Source: a virus. Taken from it: 30,913 nucleotides of DNA. The notes below the pieces were generated by a model. The model was not told the origin of the DNA and ran no database searches. It worked only from the letters and a program-made list of their open reading frames with translations. Where the stretch lies: positions 1 to 30,913 of IMG/VR virus record IMGVR_UViG_3300043775_000620; one strand, 5' to 3'. A program made the position numbers and the translations under genes. Shown in pieces: positions 30,508-30,913 of this stretch (its first letter is position 1; every line of letters begins with the position of its first letter).

Positions 30508-30913
30508 ATAGTCATATCATTACGAACCAATACATCAAACGTCAACGCCCACCCTGCTAAATCATTTTCAAATCTTTCTGTAAATGGTTCAAAACTTGGT
30601 GAACCTGTCAACTCCCAAAAGTCATTACGTAAATCGCCACGATTTAACCTATCCATTACTCGAACCCCTAAACTCATTTGCGTATTCCAAACGTCAACCT
30701 TATTACTTTCGTCTTTTTGATTAAGTAAATCCATTAAAAGAATAGTAACATTAAATTGTATTACATTGCCTTGATGCGTTGCTGAATTAATCATAATATG
30801 CGACAAAGGAAATAATGTCCTTTTAGCTAAATCTACTTCAAAAATGTCACCCTCTGTAACTGTATTTACAAAAGGTTCATCAAGTAACGCTTCTTTTATT
30901 TTATTTATTAAAC
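30498..30913 (-). CDS. Junction-spanning neck/tail-completion-like gene, 3' part; the frame stays open to the window end and the true ATG is at the position equivalent to 137
   Basis: The track's start at 30806 is a TTG. The frame remains open upstream through 30913, and the duplicated copy at 1..137 supplies MVYSLINKIKEALLDEPFVNTVTEGDIFEVDLAKRTLFPL... Confidence 0.65.
   Translation of the reverse strand, partial: LINKIKEALLDEPFVNTVTEGDIFEVDLAKRTLFPLSHIMINSATHQGNVIQFNVTILLMDLLNQKDESNKVDVWNTQMSLGVRVMDRLNRGDLRNDFWELTGSPSFEPFTERFENDLAGWALTFDVLVRNDMTICN
30787..30913. repeat. Terminal direct repeat copy 2, identical to 1..127
   Basis: Base-by-base identity with the window start. Confidence 0.95.

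Noticed and set aside
271-30720. Plus-strand ORFs embedded antisense in long minus-strand genes: 271..510, 1224..1436, 1625..1825, 2891..3094, 5518..5775, 7887..8114, 17659..17865, 19840..20085, 24244..24525, 24712..24930, 26384..26569, 26556..26768, 28102..28323, 29840..30166 and 30502..30720. Also the minus-strand ORFs 7122..7331 (out of frame, overlapping the 3' part of erf) and 14217..14402 (antisense to the plus-strand ORF 14182..14391).
   Set aside because: Each lies wholly or mostly inside a better-supported gene on the opposite strand or in another frame. Their compositions are Leu/Phe/Ile-rich or, opposite the tape measure gene, Ala/Pro-rich mirror-image. None has promoter or coupling context.
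1-30913. Searched for an integrase or recombinase, CI-like repressor, CRISPR array, rRNA, tRNA and reverse transcriptase.
   Set aside because: No tyrosine or serine recombinase motifs, no repeat-spacer arrays, no cloverleaf candidates beyond the rejected one, and no YxDD-type RT motif were seen. Lifestyle cannot be decided from their absence alone.

Overview
The window appears to be one complete, circularly assembled tailed-phage genome. Bases 1..127 are identical to 30787..30913, so the unique length is about 30,786 bp. The DNA is AT-rich and almost entirely transcribed on the minus strand. There is no visible Shine-Dalgarno usage, and several TAnnTTTG boxes resemble Bacteroidota -7 promoter elements, which suggests a Flavobacteriia/Bacteroidota host (inference only).

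Modules in minus-strand order:
- **Tail and baseplate block** ending in a tape measure protein (30913..24570).
- **Head module** (24395..21090): XkdF-like protease, scaffold candidate, major capsid protein and a tail-tube-like protein.
- **Portal to lysis** (20742..16245): a portal with a MuF-like C-terminus, a connector, a fibre, and a lysis cassette with two small membrane proteins plus an M15 endolysin.
- **Early, replication and recombination genes** (16187..2949): DnaQ-like exonuclease, two orphan DNA methyltransferases, ERF, an SSB-like protein, a replication initiator, a RecA/DnaB-like ATPase, NinG, and a phage sigma factor.
- **Packaging genes** TerS and TerL (2555..1079).

A short plus-strand accessory island (12035..14391) starts at a divergent promoter region. 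It carries the most unusual element in the window: an Rnl2-type RNA ligase ORF. A near-perfect 16-nt inverted repeat brackets this ORF exactly, and a GC-rich, densely self-complementary 160-nt element precedes it.

Other notable signals:
- A bipartite motif, repeated four times directly upstream of structural genes, which may be a late promoter read by the phage sigma factor.
- A T9 slippery run with an open -1 frame.
- A gene split by the linearisation point.
- A divergent mini C5-methyltransferase-like gene.
- A u-spanin-like protein.

No integrase, tRNA, rRNA or CRISPR array was recognised. All product calls come from motif recognition by eye, not from database searches.
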